This document shows positions 40,430-50,479 of a stretch of DNA of 64,000 nt, one piece after another. Position 1 is the stretch's first letter, and the number at the start of each line of letters is the position of its first letter. Location: positions 248,001 through 312,000 of the IMG/VR virus record IMGVR_UViG_3300042465_005589; one strand, written 5' to 3'. A model generated the notes under the pieces. That model was not told the origin of the DNA. It made no database searches and saw only the letters and a program-made list of their open reading frames with translations. A program made the position numbers and the translations under genes.

Positions 40430-42205
40430 TTGGAAAACAATACATCTGAAAATTCTAATTTAACAATAGAACAACGAGCAATATCTATCCTTGAAACTTA
40501 TCAGGGGGCGAATAACTATATCCTAAAATTAAAACACCAAAAGGAAACTAATAAAAGATTCTTCCCAACTCGGGCACAATCTGACTACATTATGAATTTT
40601 AATGAAGTAACTCCTAAGGTTGCAAAAAGATGGGTTGATTTAGACCCTTACTTCGCTAAAAAAATTGCTGATGAAAAATTATTAATTAAAATCCCTGAAC
40701 AGATATGGGTGGAAAAGTTATTAGTTGAGAAAGAAAAATCCTATCATGTTTGGGGAAAAGTGTTAGAATCCGAGACAATCCACGATTTTTGGTTACCAAA
40801 AGGAGCTTTGATTAAAACACACACAATAAAGAATATTGTTGTGGATTATTCAAAATACTCCAATAGACCACCGTTAGAACATCAAAAAGAAGCTATTGAA
40901 AAACTTGCTGGGTCTAAAAGGTTTATCCTTGCCGATGATATGGGATTGGGTAAGACTACCGCAACCATTATTGCTGCTTTAGAGACAGGTGCGAAGAAAA
41001 TACTAATAGTTTGTCCGGCATCTCTGAAGATTAACTGGCAAAGAGAAATTGAGAACTACACCGATAGAAGTGTTTACATCTCCGAAGGTAAGAATTTCTC
41101 AATAGAACACGATTTTGTGATTATTAATTACGATATTCTTAAAAACTTCTATGATTTAAAAAGTAAAACAGAATCTTTAATCTCACAAGGAAACTTTGAT
41201 TTAATTATTTTGGATGAGGCACATTATGTTAGTAATGGACAAGCAGCAAGAACCAAACTTGTTAATAGTTTCTCTAAAAGTTGTGAAAGAGTGTGGTTAT
41301 TAACCGGAACACCGATGACTAACCGACCGATGAATTATTTCAATCTATTGGCACTTATTGAAAGTCCGGTGGCTCAGAATTGGATGGCTTACGCTATTAG
41401 ATATTGTCAAGGTTATCAATTCACAGCGGGAACTCGTAAGATATGGAACGTAACCGGAGCTTCTAACTTAGAAGAATTGAGAGACAGAACATCAAGACAA
41501 GTTTTACGTAGATTAAAAACGGAAGTTTTAGATTTACCTGAGAAAATTATTACACCGGTTTATCTAAGGTTAAAGTCAAAACTTTATGAAGGGTTGATGG
41601 GAGAATACTATGATTGGTACAATAAAAACCCCGATGAGTCAACATCTCTAACAGTTCAGTTCAGTAAATTAATGAAGGTTCGTCAAGTGATTGCTGAAGA
41701 AAAAATTAAAGATACCATAGAATTAGCTGAGAATATTTTGGAACAAGATAAAAAAGTTATCATCTTTACCAACTTTACTGAGACATTAAACAGAATTGCC
41801 GACCATTTTGGAAAACAAGCGGTGAGATTAGATGGTTCAACATCAAAACCTCAACGACAATATGCGGTTGACCAATTCCAAGACAACGAAAAGATTAAAG
41901 TATTTGTTGGAAACGTAAAAGCCGCTGGTGTTGGAATCACACTAACCGCAGCCGAAGCTGTAATCATTAATGACCTATCATTTGTTCCGGGTGATTTAGC
42001 ACAAGCGGAAGACCGAGCATACAGATATGGACAGAAAAATTCGGTGTCAGTTTACTACCCAATATTTGATAACTCAATAGAAGGAATCATCTACGATATG
42101 GTAAATCAAAAGAAACAAAATATTGGAACCGTGATGGGGGACAACATCTCTGAAAGAGGAGATTTTATCGGAGAACTTATGAATAAGATAAACAATCGGG
42201 GATAA
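40430..42205 (+). CDS. SNF2-family helicase/translocase (SMARCAL1/HARP-like)
   Basis: LADDMGLGKT, VCPASLKINW, DEAH, LTGTP, GVGITLT, QAEDRAYRYGQ; TTG start. Confidence 0.92.
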   Translation: MENNTSENSNLTIEQRAISILETYQGANNYILKLKHQKETNKRFFPTRAQSDYIMNFNEVTPKVAKRWVDLDPYFAKKIADEKLLIKIPEQIWVEKLLVEKEKSYHVWGKVLESETIHDFWLPKGALIKTHTIKNIVVDYSKYSNRPPLEHQKEAIEKLAGSKRFILADDMGLGKTTATIIAALETGAKKILIVCPASLKINWQREIENYTDRSVYISEGKNFSIEHDFVIINYDILKNFYDLKSKTESLISQGNFDLIILDEAHYVSNGQAARTKLVNSFSKSCERVWLLTGTPMTNRPMNYFNLLALIESPVAQNWMAYAIRYCQGYQFTAGTRKIWNVTGASNLEELRDRTSRQVLRRLKTEVLDLPEKIITPVYLRLKSKLYEGLMGEYYDWYNKNPDESTSLTVQFSKLMKVRQVIAEEKIKDTIELAENILEQDKKVIIFTNFTETLNRIADHFGKQAVRLDGSTSKPQRQYAVDQFQDNEKIKVFVGNVKAAGVGITLTAAEAVIINDLSFVPGDLAQAEDRAYRYGQKNSVSVYYPIFDNSIEGIIYDMVNQKKQNIGTVMGDNISERGDFIGELMNKINNRG

Positions 42206-42244
42206 TCCGGTTGTTTAGATATTTATCATAATAAACAAGCCTAC

Positions 42245-43174
42245 ATGAAAAATATTAAAAATAAAATTAAACTCATTATAGAAAAGATTAAATCGGTGGA
42301 AAACCTTAGTAATCAAAAACCCTCCATTAATGAAATGAAAAAAATAGAAATTGAAAAACTTAAATCTATTATATCTGAAGGTAAATCGGAAAGATGTAGT
42401 AGGGAAATGAACGAATCAATTAGAATGGTGTTTAACATTAACCCTAAAGTTAAAACAATTTTTAAAGACGGTATTAATCGAATGATGAAAGAAGTCTTCC
42501 CTGATAACTATTATGGAAATAATGAGTATAGTGAAGGAGAAGTTGCCGGAGTATATGATTTAGAAAAAGATGGTCGTTCTGTTTTAAATAAATTAAACAC
42601 AAACTATAGTTGTTTTTGTATCTTATTAAACGATGTTAATCAAGTCTTAAAATCAAAAAATGAACCCGAAATAAAAATTATTGGTTTAAAACCTTTTGAA
42701 CAAATTAGTGAAGTTAAAAAACTTGTTAATGTTTTAGATGAATATAAGTCTAGAATTTTTTCACAAAAATCCTCAACATTTCAAAATCTTATGAAAGTTT
42801 TAACTCAAACGGATAGTTGGGGTCAAGCTCGTGAAGATAGAACAATTCAAATATTGAAAAAACAATTTGGTGAAAAAAATGTTAACGCCATTGGTAAACT
42901 TGGTAGTAAAGAAGATATGATTGGTGGTATTGATTGTGAAGTTATTATTGATGGAGTTAAAAAAACCGCACAAATTAAACCTTTTACGGGGGAAAAAGAA
43001 ATTGATAATTCTGTTATGATTTTAGGAACCGCAAATGTTAAAAGATATTCAACCGATTGGTTAATTTTTACTAGAAATAATAAAGAAGTATTGGTCTTTG
43101 ATAATAAACACTCAAAAATAATGGGTGGTCAGTATATTTTCCCTAAAGAAGACCTGATTTATACATTAAGTTGA
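42245..43174 (+). CDS. Hypothetical protein with possible C-terminal PD-(D/E)XK-like nuclease fold
   Basis: E..D..GID...TAQIKP pattern; TATTTAT upstream. Confidence 0.45.
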   Translation: MKNIKNKIKLIIEKIKSVENLSNQKPSINEMKKIEIEKLKSIISEGKSERCSREMNESIRMVFNINPKVKTIFKDGINRMMKEVFPDNYYGNNEYSEGEVAGVYDLEKDGRSVLNKLNTNYSCFCILLNDVNQVLKSKNEPEIKIIGLKPFEQISEVKKLVNVLDEYKSRIFSQKSSTFQNLMKVLTQTDSWGQAREDRTIQILKKQFGEKNVNAIGKLGSKEDMIGGIDCEVIIDGVKKTAQIKPFTGEKEIDNSVMILGTANVKRYSTDWLIFTRNNKEVLVFDNKHSKIMGGQYIFPKEDLIYTLS

Positions 43175-43195
43175 TATTTATAAAATAAAAACGTT

Positions 43196-44338
43196 ATGGG
43201 AATATTAACAGGGGCTACATATCAAACAGCTATTATACCGGAACCAGAAAGAACTAAATTATATACAAGAATTAAACATCTTTTAGGAGCACCATTAAGG
43301 AGTGTTGAATTAGATGATGAACAAATGGATAGTTTATTAGAATTATCTATTGGTGATTATTCTCAATATATACAAGATTGGTTAATTGAGTCTCAATGGA
43401 CTTCATTGTACAATTTAAATTTGGACACAGAATCATTATCAAGAGCTTTTGTAACCAAAAGTTTAGATTGGGAAACAAGATACACTTACGCATACTCTAA
43501 AATTGTCGGATTACAAGCCGGTGGTGATTGGGTTTTGAAAAAAGACTTTGTTCAATTAGTACCAAACCAACAAATATACGAAATTCCCGCAAACCGAGAG
43601 ATAAATGAAGTATTATGGTTTACACCTTCAGAATTAAATGGGTTATTATTTGACCCCTGGACTTTTGGTGGTTTAGGTGGTGGTGGTTTTGGTGGACCCG
43701 GAGGTTTTGCTCAAATGGGTGCGTCAGGGTCATATTTTATGATGCCAGCATTTGACATGTTATTGAGAATGCAAGAAATTAATATTCAAAGAAGAATTAT
43801 TGCGGGAGATTTAACTTACACAATAACAGCGTTACCTGAAGGTAAAAAAGCTCTTCACTTAATGAATACACCCGGTGGTAAATTTGATTTTGGTAATCAA
43901 CAAATGGCTAGAGGTAAAGTTTGGTATTGGTATTATGATGTTGGTCCGGCAGATAGAGACAATTGTTTAAAAAACAATCCGGATATCATTAAACTTCCAT
44001 CAGACGTTCCAATTGATTCAATGTCTTGGATTGATTTAAATAATCCCGCACAACAATTTGTGAGAAGATGGTTTACTGCTTATTGTAAAGAAACATTATC
44101 AAGAGTTAGAGGTAAATTTAGTGGTAATATTAAAACACCTGATAGTGAATTAACAATGGACTACGCAACTTTGGCAACAGAAGGTAAGGATGAAAAAACA
44201 AAACTTGAGGAAGAATTAAAGTTAAGATTAGAAAGATTACGACCTGAAAAAATGATGGAACGAGAAGCTTTACTTGCGGAAAATTTAAATAAACAACTTA
44301 AGTTTAGAGCAATGCCAAGACAAATTTATGTAATATAA
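43196..44338 (+). CDS. Neck / head-completion protein (gp13-like)
   Basis: IKHLLGAPLRSVELDDEQMD and RVRGKFSG...EGKDEKTKLEEEL match the gp13 pattern. Confidence 0.8.
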   Translation: MGILTGATYQTAIIPEPERTKLYTRIKHLLGAPLRSVELDDEQMDSLLELSIGDYSQYIQDWLIESQWTSLYNLNLDTESLSRAFVTKSLDWETRYTYAYSKIVGLQAGGDWVLKKDFVQLVPNQQIYEIPANREINEVLWFTPSELNGLLFDPWTFGGLGGGGFGGPGGFAQMGASGSYFMMPAFDMLLRMQEINIQRRIIAGDLTYTITALPEGKKALHLMNTPGGKFDFGNQQMARGKVWYWYYDVGPADRDNCLKNNPDIIKLPSDVPIDSMSWIDLNNPAQQFVRRWFTAYCKETLSRVRGKFSGNIKTPDSELTMDYATLATEGKDEKTKLEEELKLRLERLRPEKMMEREALLAENLNKQLKFRAMPRQIYVI

Positions 44339-44341
44339 TTT

Positions 44342-44728
44342 ATGAATAAAATATCTGATAGATTAACAAGAAAAACAATTAACGAAAAACGATTTTTAGG
44401 AAACACTTTAATCGAAATAGAAGAAACTAAAATAGAGATACCTAAAACAACCCCAATGAAAAAAATAATTAATAACTTAGAATATAGAACAAATGGTGAA
44501 ATATTAATCGTTATAAAAGATGTTGAGGCTTGTCATCTTACATTAGACTCAAATACGACCGAACGTATAATTGTTAAAGCATTTACTAAAGTTTATATCC
44601 GACCAAGTTTTGGTAAAATAGACGAATATTACGATGAAATATTTATCGATTTAGGTGCGTGTGTCGAATTTTATTCGTTAGAAAATAATTGGTATATAGT
44701 TTCCTCAGATGGTTTAAAATTAGAATAA
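44342..44728 (+). CDS. Hypothetical beta-rich protein
   Basis: ORF track; coupled to gp13. Confidence 0.65.
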   Translation: MNKISDRLTRKTINEKRFLGNTLIEIEETKIEIPKTTPMKKIINNLEYRTNGEILIVIKDVEACHLTLDSNTTERIIVKAFTKVYIRPSFGKIDEYYDEIFIDLGACVEFYSLENNWYIVSSDGLKLE

Positions 44729-44756
44729 AAAAAGGTGTCGAATACGACACCTTTTC
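44729..44756. terminator. Bidirectional intrinsic terminator
   Basis: AAAAGGTGTCG-AATA-CGACACCTTTT between convergent genes. Confidence 0.85.
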
Positions 44757-44760
44757 TGTT

Positions 44761-47550
44761 TTAATTAATATGTTCTTCCCAACCAGGTTCCGCTAACTCA
44801 TAAATGTATTCAGAACTAACACCAACTCTATCCCAAAACTTTAATTCTAAGTCGGTTATTGTTAACAAGTCCTCAATTGTGTCTTGGTCACCCTCTTTAT
44901 TTGGAACCCCACCAATTAACTCACACTGAGTTTTAGTAAAGAATCCTCTTTCTTCAGGGTTAGCAATTAACAAACTTTCTCTTAATTCTTTATTGAAAAC
45001 AATCAACAATGGTTCAACCTTTTTATTAAATGTTGAGATTGCTCTTGGAACATTATATTCTCCGGTCAAATCAGGATTATTTTCTATTTCAGTTTGGTCT
45101 AACATATAACAATTAAGTTGAATTGTTGAGGTAGATTTATCTTCGGGTTCTACACCATTTACTGATGTAAACAAATCTAACGCTTTTTTAGTATAATTGT
45201 TTTTAGTAATTTTTTGAACATCCCCGTGAGACGCTTTAACCCCATTATTAACATAACTAATTACATCACCTAATGAAACTTTTAAATCGTGTTTGATGGC
45301 CAATTCCATATGAGCCATTCTACTCATTAACGAACCAGCTTTAGTTTTCATCCCACATCTTTTCTTATAATCTTCGACAGACAATTTAACTCTTGCTCTT
45401 TGAGCGATTTGTTTTAATGGTATTTGTTGGTCGTATATTCTTTGGTGATATTCAAAATACCATTCAACAAATTCCTGACCTTTTCCTTCCAATAATAATC
45501 TCACCCCTTTATCTAAAAACACCTCAATATACAGTGGCAATTTTTTAGACTTAATTGAATTTCCGGTTAATTTAATTTTACCGTTAGATTCCATTGTTGC
45601 GTAATTCTTTCTACTTAAATTAATACAAGAATCCCAAGTTCCATCACAATCTAACCCCATCTCACCTTTCATAAACAAATCGTTGTATTCTGCGGTGTCT
45701 GCGTAATAACCTCTATATTCTTGACCCTCTTTAACTAACCAATTTAATCCTTTTCCAATATAAACTCTATCTTCAACACCGCCTTCAGGTAAACTAAAGT
45801 TGACACCATCCGTATCAAGTACCAAAGGTGTATATCCTCTCTTAACAAAGTATTTCACCATCTGACGAAGATATTGTCTTCCGGTACAAGTAATTCTTTC
45901 TCCACTATTCATTTCGCCCCACTCATAAACGTGTGGTGCCGATAATCCACCAAACATAGAGTTAATAAAGATTTTTAATGGTAATTGTTTTCTATCATAT
46001 GAAAGTGATTTTTTAGAATCAGTTGACTTATACTCAGACGCCAAGTTTTTATACATAATACGAGCGTTACGGAAATAAGTTAACATTCCTTTCATTCCAC
46101 CCATAACATCACACTCAGGGAACACGTCGTGAACTAACTGAATAGATGGGTATAGGGAAGAGTAATCGAGTTTTAGTACGTTGGTAGAGTAACCTACCTT
46201 AAGTAGTCTTGAAAGTCCTCCTACGAAGTCTGTCTTCTCTTCTTTTGCGGGAATAGCCAAATTGTTCTTGAATGACCAAGCTAACATAATCATTCTCCAT
46301 AGAGTTGCGGTTCCCATAGTCGAAACTCTTTCATAGGTTGTTGGTACCATCGATGCTAAAAGAAACGTTCCCTGATTGAATTCATCATCCACTGTTAACG
46401 TTTCCTCTAAATCGTCATCAAGATATCTCTCCACAACATTATCCCCTGTTACTTTAATATATTTTCCGGGAAATCTTGTGTCTAAGTTATTAAAGTCCGG
46501 ATTGTCGGCTTTCTTATATTTTCCATTTTCAACATTTAACCAATACTCCTCTTTTTTAGCATACATTGGTCCAATTTCTAAGTGGTCAATATAAACTCGG
46601 TCGGGAGCTTCCGCTTTAATGTATTGAGTAATATATTTAAGACCTGCTGACTTAATACTTGAATTAATCGCCTGAGCTCTACGAACGGAGTGAATAATAT
46701 CTATAATGTTATAACCCCATAATTGAGTTTGTGAGAATCTCTCCACCTCATTAGCAAGTTTTAACATACCATCCTTTTGAGATATAGGTCTTGCCGGGTT
46801 TAGTGATTTAGCAATCTTTTTGATGTCTAAGTTAAGAGCTTTACATCTCTCGAATATCCAAAACCAGTCAAAGTTCGCTGAATTATATCCACCGATGATA
46901 GATGGTTTAAGTTCGTCAATAATGTTGAAGAACTCCACCAAACCTCTTCGTTCTTGGTCTTCGTCGGCACACTCAATAACTTTTTGATATCCTTTATTTG
47001 TTTTGATTCCAATCATAAATATACGACCATCTTTAGGTTCTAAAGCGGTCGTCTCCAAGTCAAATCCGAGTCGGGTGATGTCGTTATACTCTTCATATCC
47101 TTTGAATAATCTTTTTTCTCTTGAAATAAGGAATTGTTCTACCGGTGGAAGTACCGTTAATTTACCTTTTGTTTTTTCTCCCCACGGGTCTACACCACCA
47201 TCTCTGAAGAATTGGATAAGTGAACGATACCCTTTCATTGACTTAACCATAAACTTAAGACCTTTTTCTAATCTCTCATTACCTTTGGTTTCTAATTTCT
47301 CAATGATGATACCATGTTTCTTCATCGCCTCTTTTTGTTGGTCTTTAGATTTTGAATAAAAATTCAAATCTCTTAAATCCCCAACCCAAGCAAATGCCGT
47401 AAATGTGTCTTTTTTGATTATCTTTCCCTGACCAGGGATTTCTTTAATTTTGTAGATAGCGTCTGACGCGTAATCATACTCGATAGCAACGATGTGCTCT
47501 TCAGGGTCATTCCCCTCAAGGAATGCTTTAATTTCTTCTTGTGTTACCAT
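44761..47550 (-). CDS. Family B DNA polymerase with 3'-5' exonuclease
   Basis: FDLET, GYNSANFD, DYSSLYPSI, KIFINSMFG, DTDG, KNYA motifs. Confidence 0.95.
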   Translation of the reverse strand: MVTQEEIKAFLEGNDPEEHIVAIEYDYASDAIYKIKEIPGQGKIIKKDTFTAFAWVGDLRDLNFYSKSKDQQKEAMKKHGIIIEKLETKGNERLEKGLKFMVKSMKGYRSLIQFFRDGGVDPWGEKTKGKLTVLPPVEQFLISREKRLFKGYEEYNDITRLGFDLETTALEPKDGRIFMIGIKTNKGYQKVIECADEDQERRGLVEFFNIIDELKPSIIGGYNSANFDWFWIFERCKALNLDIKKIAKSLNPARPISQKDGMLKLANEVERFSQTQLWGYNIIDIIHSVRRAQAINSSIKSAGLKYITQYIKAEAPDRVYIDHLEIGPMYAKKEEYWLNVENGKYKKADNPDFNNLDTRFPGKYIKVTGDNVVERYLDDDLEETLTVDDEFNQGTFLLASMVPTTYERVSTMGTATLWRMIMLAWSFKNNLAIPAKEEKTDFVGGLSRLLKVGYSTNVLKLDYSSLYPSIQLVHDVFPECDVMGGMKGMLTYFRNARIMYKNLASEYKSTDSKKSLSYDRKQLPLKIFINSMFGGLSAPHVYEWGEMNSGERITCTGRQYLRQMVKYFVKRGYTPLVLDTDGVNFSLPEGGVEDRVYIGKGLNWLVKEGQEYRGYYADTAEYNDLFMKGEMGLDCDGTWDSCINLSRKNYATMESNGKIKLTGNSIKSKKLPLYIEVFLDKGVRLLLEGKGQEFVEWYFEYHQRIYDQQIPLKQIAQRARVKLSVEDYKKRCGMKTKAGSLMSRMAHMELAIKHDLKVSLGDVISYVNNGVKASHGDVQKITKNNYTKKALDLFTSVNGVEPEDKSTSTIQLNCYMLDQTEIENNPDLTGEYNVPRAISTFNKKVEPLLIVFNKELRESLLIANPEERGFFTKTQCELIGGVPNKEGDQDTIEDLLTITDLELKFWDRVGVSSEYIYELAEPGWEEHIN

Positions 47551-47613
47551 AAATATATTTTTTAGAATGACATATTAGCACTGACTTTAAATCAGGTTTG
47601 TCTTGTTTCTATA

Positions 47614-47642
47614 AATATAAAAGATAATAATTAATAAATCAA
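47614..47642 (-). promoter_or_regulatory. Sigma70-type promoter for the DNA polymerase
   Basis: TTGATT-N17-TATATT, followed by a structured leader. Confidence 0.5.
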
Positions 47643-47649
47643 TTTTAGA

Positions 47650-48495
47650 TTAATGACATGGAAGTAAATTGTTAAAATTAACTATTCCGGTAATAACAGA
47701 ATTAAACACTGAAATTATTTGATACCCATTTATTTGAGTAACATAATTACCATCGTTAATTAATGATATGGTTTGCCCATTAGGGTCACTATAAATTGTT
47801 GCACCTATTTGTAGTGGAGTGTACATATAATAATTCTCACCACCAATTATATAAAAAGGAGGGGCCAATACATAATCTTCAACAATACATTTAATTAGTT
47901 GAGGACCATCAGCAATAAAATCAATAAATAAATGACCAATATCATCATAAATACCTGAACCCATATTAACTTCAGATAATACAGGAATTGTTGTTGTTGT
48001 AGTTGTAGTATGATTAATTGTGGTAGTAGTTGTCGTACAAGGACAACATTCTGTAGTTGTTGTTGTAGTATAAGGACCATTGATACAACAAGGGAATTCT
48101 GACACATAACAACTATCGTAAACTAAATCGTCTGCAATAAACGAATCTTGTACATTTATAAATAAATCTTCCCTAATTGGTAATATAAGAACTCCATCTG
48201 AATTTCTTAACATAAATTGACCAGCGTATCTACCAACTCTATTTGTATCTCTCGGAGTAAATTGATAATATATATAATATTCAGGACCAGCATTTAAATC
48301 AACAAAAGTTTTTTCAACAAACCCCGCAGGTCTTGAACTTATTTTTGGAATACCGGTTTCTACGTCAACCATTGAGAAGAAAATGGCAGATTCTTCAATC
48401 ATATCCATAAACTTATTATAGTCACTTCTTCCGTCTTTAACTACTTGTAATTTTAATACCGGTAAGGTTGCGTTTTTCTTTATAAAAAAATCCAT
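47650..48495 (-). CDS. Putative virion appendage protein with BppU-like N-terminus and poly-Thr/Cys linker
   Basis: FFIKKNATLP...YQFTPRDT..GRYAGQF; YTTTTTTECCPCTTTTTTINHTTTTTTTIP; TATTTAT upstream. Confidence 0.55.
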   Translation of the reverse strand: MDFFIKKNATLPVLKLQVVKDGRSDYNKFMDMIEESAIFFSMVDVETGIPKISSRPAGFVEKTFVDLNAGPEYYIYYQFTPRDTNRVGRYAGQFMLRNSDGVLILPIREDLFINVQDSFIADDLVYDSCYVSEFPCCINGPYTTTTTTECCPCTTTTTTINHTTTTTTTIPVLSEVNMGSGIYDDIGHLFIDFIADGPQLIKCIVEDYVLAPPFYIIGGENYYMYTPLQIGATIYSDPNGQTISLINDGNYVTQINGYQIISVFNSVITGIVNFNNLLPCH

Positions 48496-48578
48496 CTATT
48501 GTTTTTATTTATAAATACTTTGATTTACAAAAATAAACAAATTAACTTTCTTTTCTTAAAAACTCATGATAAATATTT

Positions 48579-49682
48579 TTATAATATTGTTATGTCATCT
48601 AATTTACCCCAGTCAATTTCGCCATACCATTCATAAGTGTGGTATAATTCAAAATTAGGTTGTTTAATGTTAATTATGAAAAAACTATTTTTATTTGATT
48701 GAAATTTATGAATAAATTCCTCATCACCCATCTTAACTTTAAAAATATGGTCAAGAAACTGTTGGTCGGTTTCTTCCAATCCCCAATAAAATTCAACATT
48801 CAAAAATTTGTCAAATTTGTACATTTTAATATTTAATGGAATATTTTCCCCTTTAAATTGTACAAAATATTTTTTATTAAAAACTTCATCACCTTGAGAC
48901 ATTTCTATGTAATCTAAATAAGATTTGTAGGTATCTCTAACTGCCGGATAACTTACAAAATGTAAACATTCTACTTTAGAGATGTCTATATTTTGAAAAT
49001 ATGGTATTCTATGTTTTTCTTCGTCTAATGGGACGTATCTACCATCTTTTAAAAACATATGAGCATATGCCGATTGTTCAATCCATGAAGGAAAATAATT
49101 CACACCTTTTCCAATGAGGTTAGTTAGGGCAAATTCAAGAGAATTTATATTATAATAATCTTCAGATGGTATATAAATAAGTCCGGTATTAACTTTTTCA
49201 GGAACTAACACTTCACTTTTAGGTTCATTAAAACAATATGAACTTTGACAATCTGGAAAATAAAATGGTGTATTTGTATTTATTAAATTAATAACATTAT
49301 CGGGTCTTCTAATAAAAAGAAGGTCGGTATCCATACCCAATATTTTTTTAGATTTAGAAAAAAAGAAATAATCAAAGGTTTTAATTTTATGCCATAAATT
49401 TATTGGGTTATTCCCAAGACGGTAACTCAAACAATTAGGATAATTCTTAATATATTGTTCAATTTCTTTATCAGCATCCGCTCGTTTAATTATTATTACA
49501 TTTCTTATATCTGATAATAATTCAATATCCGAATCAGTTAAAGACCCGTCATCGTGAAGATAGACCGGAAGAGATTTAAATTCTTCAAACTTCTGTAATG
49601 ATTTAAAATTATTTATTGCTAATAATATATCTCTATTACATATTAGTGTGTGTATTTCTAATCCTTCAAAATTTTTATTCAT
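48579..49682 (-). CDS. GT-A fold glycosyltransferase (GT8-like) with C-terminal YHTYxWYG domain
   Basis: HDDGSL, MDTDLLF (DxD), VNTGL, EQSAY, HFV. Confidence 0.7.
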   Translation of the reverse strand: MNKNFEGLEIHTLICNRDILLAINNFKSLQKFEEFKSLPVYLHDDGSLTDSDIELLSDIRNVIIIKRADADKEIEQYIKNYPNCLSYRLGNNPINLWHKIKTFDYFFFSKSKKILGMDTDLLFIRRPDNVINLINTNTPFYFPDCQSSYCFNEPKSEVLVPEKVNTGLIYIPSEDYYNINSLEFALTNLIGKGVNYFPSWIEQSAYAHMFLKDGRYVPLDEEKHRIPYFQNIDISKVECLHFVSYPAVRDTYKSYLDYIEMSQGDEVFNKKYFVQFKGENIPLNIKMYKFDKFLNVEFYWGLEETDQQFLDHIFKVKMGDEEFIHKFQSNKNSFFIINIKQPNFELYHTYEWYGEIDWGKLDDITIL

Positions 49683-49705
49683 AATTAATTGTTTTTTGTA
49701 TTATA

Positions 49706-50479
49706 TTATCCGGCGATATTCCATGGTTTAGTTCCATTAAGTTTCTCTTCATAATTTGAAATAAAAATTTCATTTATTTTTGAAGATAACGGACTAACAC
49801 CATTACATGTTATCCCACTATTATAACTGGCAATTGACATAGACGAGCCTTCACCGGAACCAATTGTTTCTAAATAGTTGTGACGAATATCAAACTCTTC
49901 AGTAAACACAGATAGGTCATCCCATATTTTAAAAAAATTTTCTTCAGTTCCTCTGTCTTTTTTAATAATCCATTTACCTTCCAAATAGTGTTCTATATAA
50001 TCTTCAGGATGACCTTCATGAAACACTTTTTTTAATTTAAAACCATTTTTTTCCGCAAAATCAATACCTTCTTGACCATATTTAGTATTTCTTCTACCTT
50101 GTACTTCACAAGTACTAACATCGTCTGAACAATATGTGAACCCTATATTACCAAACGTTGCAAAAATATGTAGACCAGAGTTTATATCTGATAAAAAATC
50201 AATGTTATCAGTATCTTTAATAAAGACATCAGCATCTAAAAAAACTGCAGTGTCATAGTATTTTAAACATTCTTTCATCACCACTTTTTTTTCATGAAAT
50301 GAAAAATATGGTTTAGTATATTCTATTACTGTTAACAAATTATTTGGTGTATAATGTTCCGGAGAATTAGTCATTACAAAAATATGATGTCCCATATCAT
50401 TTATTTGTTTAATTAATGAATCTCCAAATGTTACATATTTTTCACCATATGTTAATGTACAAAACGCAAAATTACTCAT
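49706..50479 (-). CDS. GT-A fold glycosyltransferase
   Basis: GEKY, VMTN, VFLDADV (DxD); probable start MSNFAF by ATGA overlap. Confidence 0.65.
   Translation of the reverse strand: MSNFAFCTLTYGEKYVTFGDSLIKQINDMGHHIFVMTNSPEHYTPNNLLTVIEYTKPYFSFHEKKVVMKECLKYYDTAVFLDADVFIKDTDNIDFLSDINSGLHIFATFGNIGFTYCSDDVSTCEVQGRRNTKYGQEGIDFAEKNGFKLKKVFHEGHPEDYIEHYLEGKWIIKKDRGTEENFFKIWDDLSVFTEEFDIRHNYLETIGSGEGSSMSIASYNSGITCNGVSPLSSKINEIFISNYEEKLNGTKPWNIAG

Noticed and set aside
6810-47550. Inteins or introns in nrdA, nrdB, helicase, recombinase or polymerase
   Set aside because: Lengths are normal, motifs are continuous, and no intein splice-junction or LAGLIDADG signatures were seen.
47560-47605. c-di-GMP riboswitch in the polymerase leader
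   Set aside because: Only a GACAAACC resemblance; no GNRA loop, receptor or second stem.
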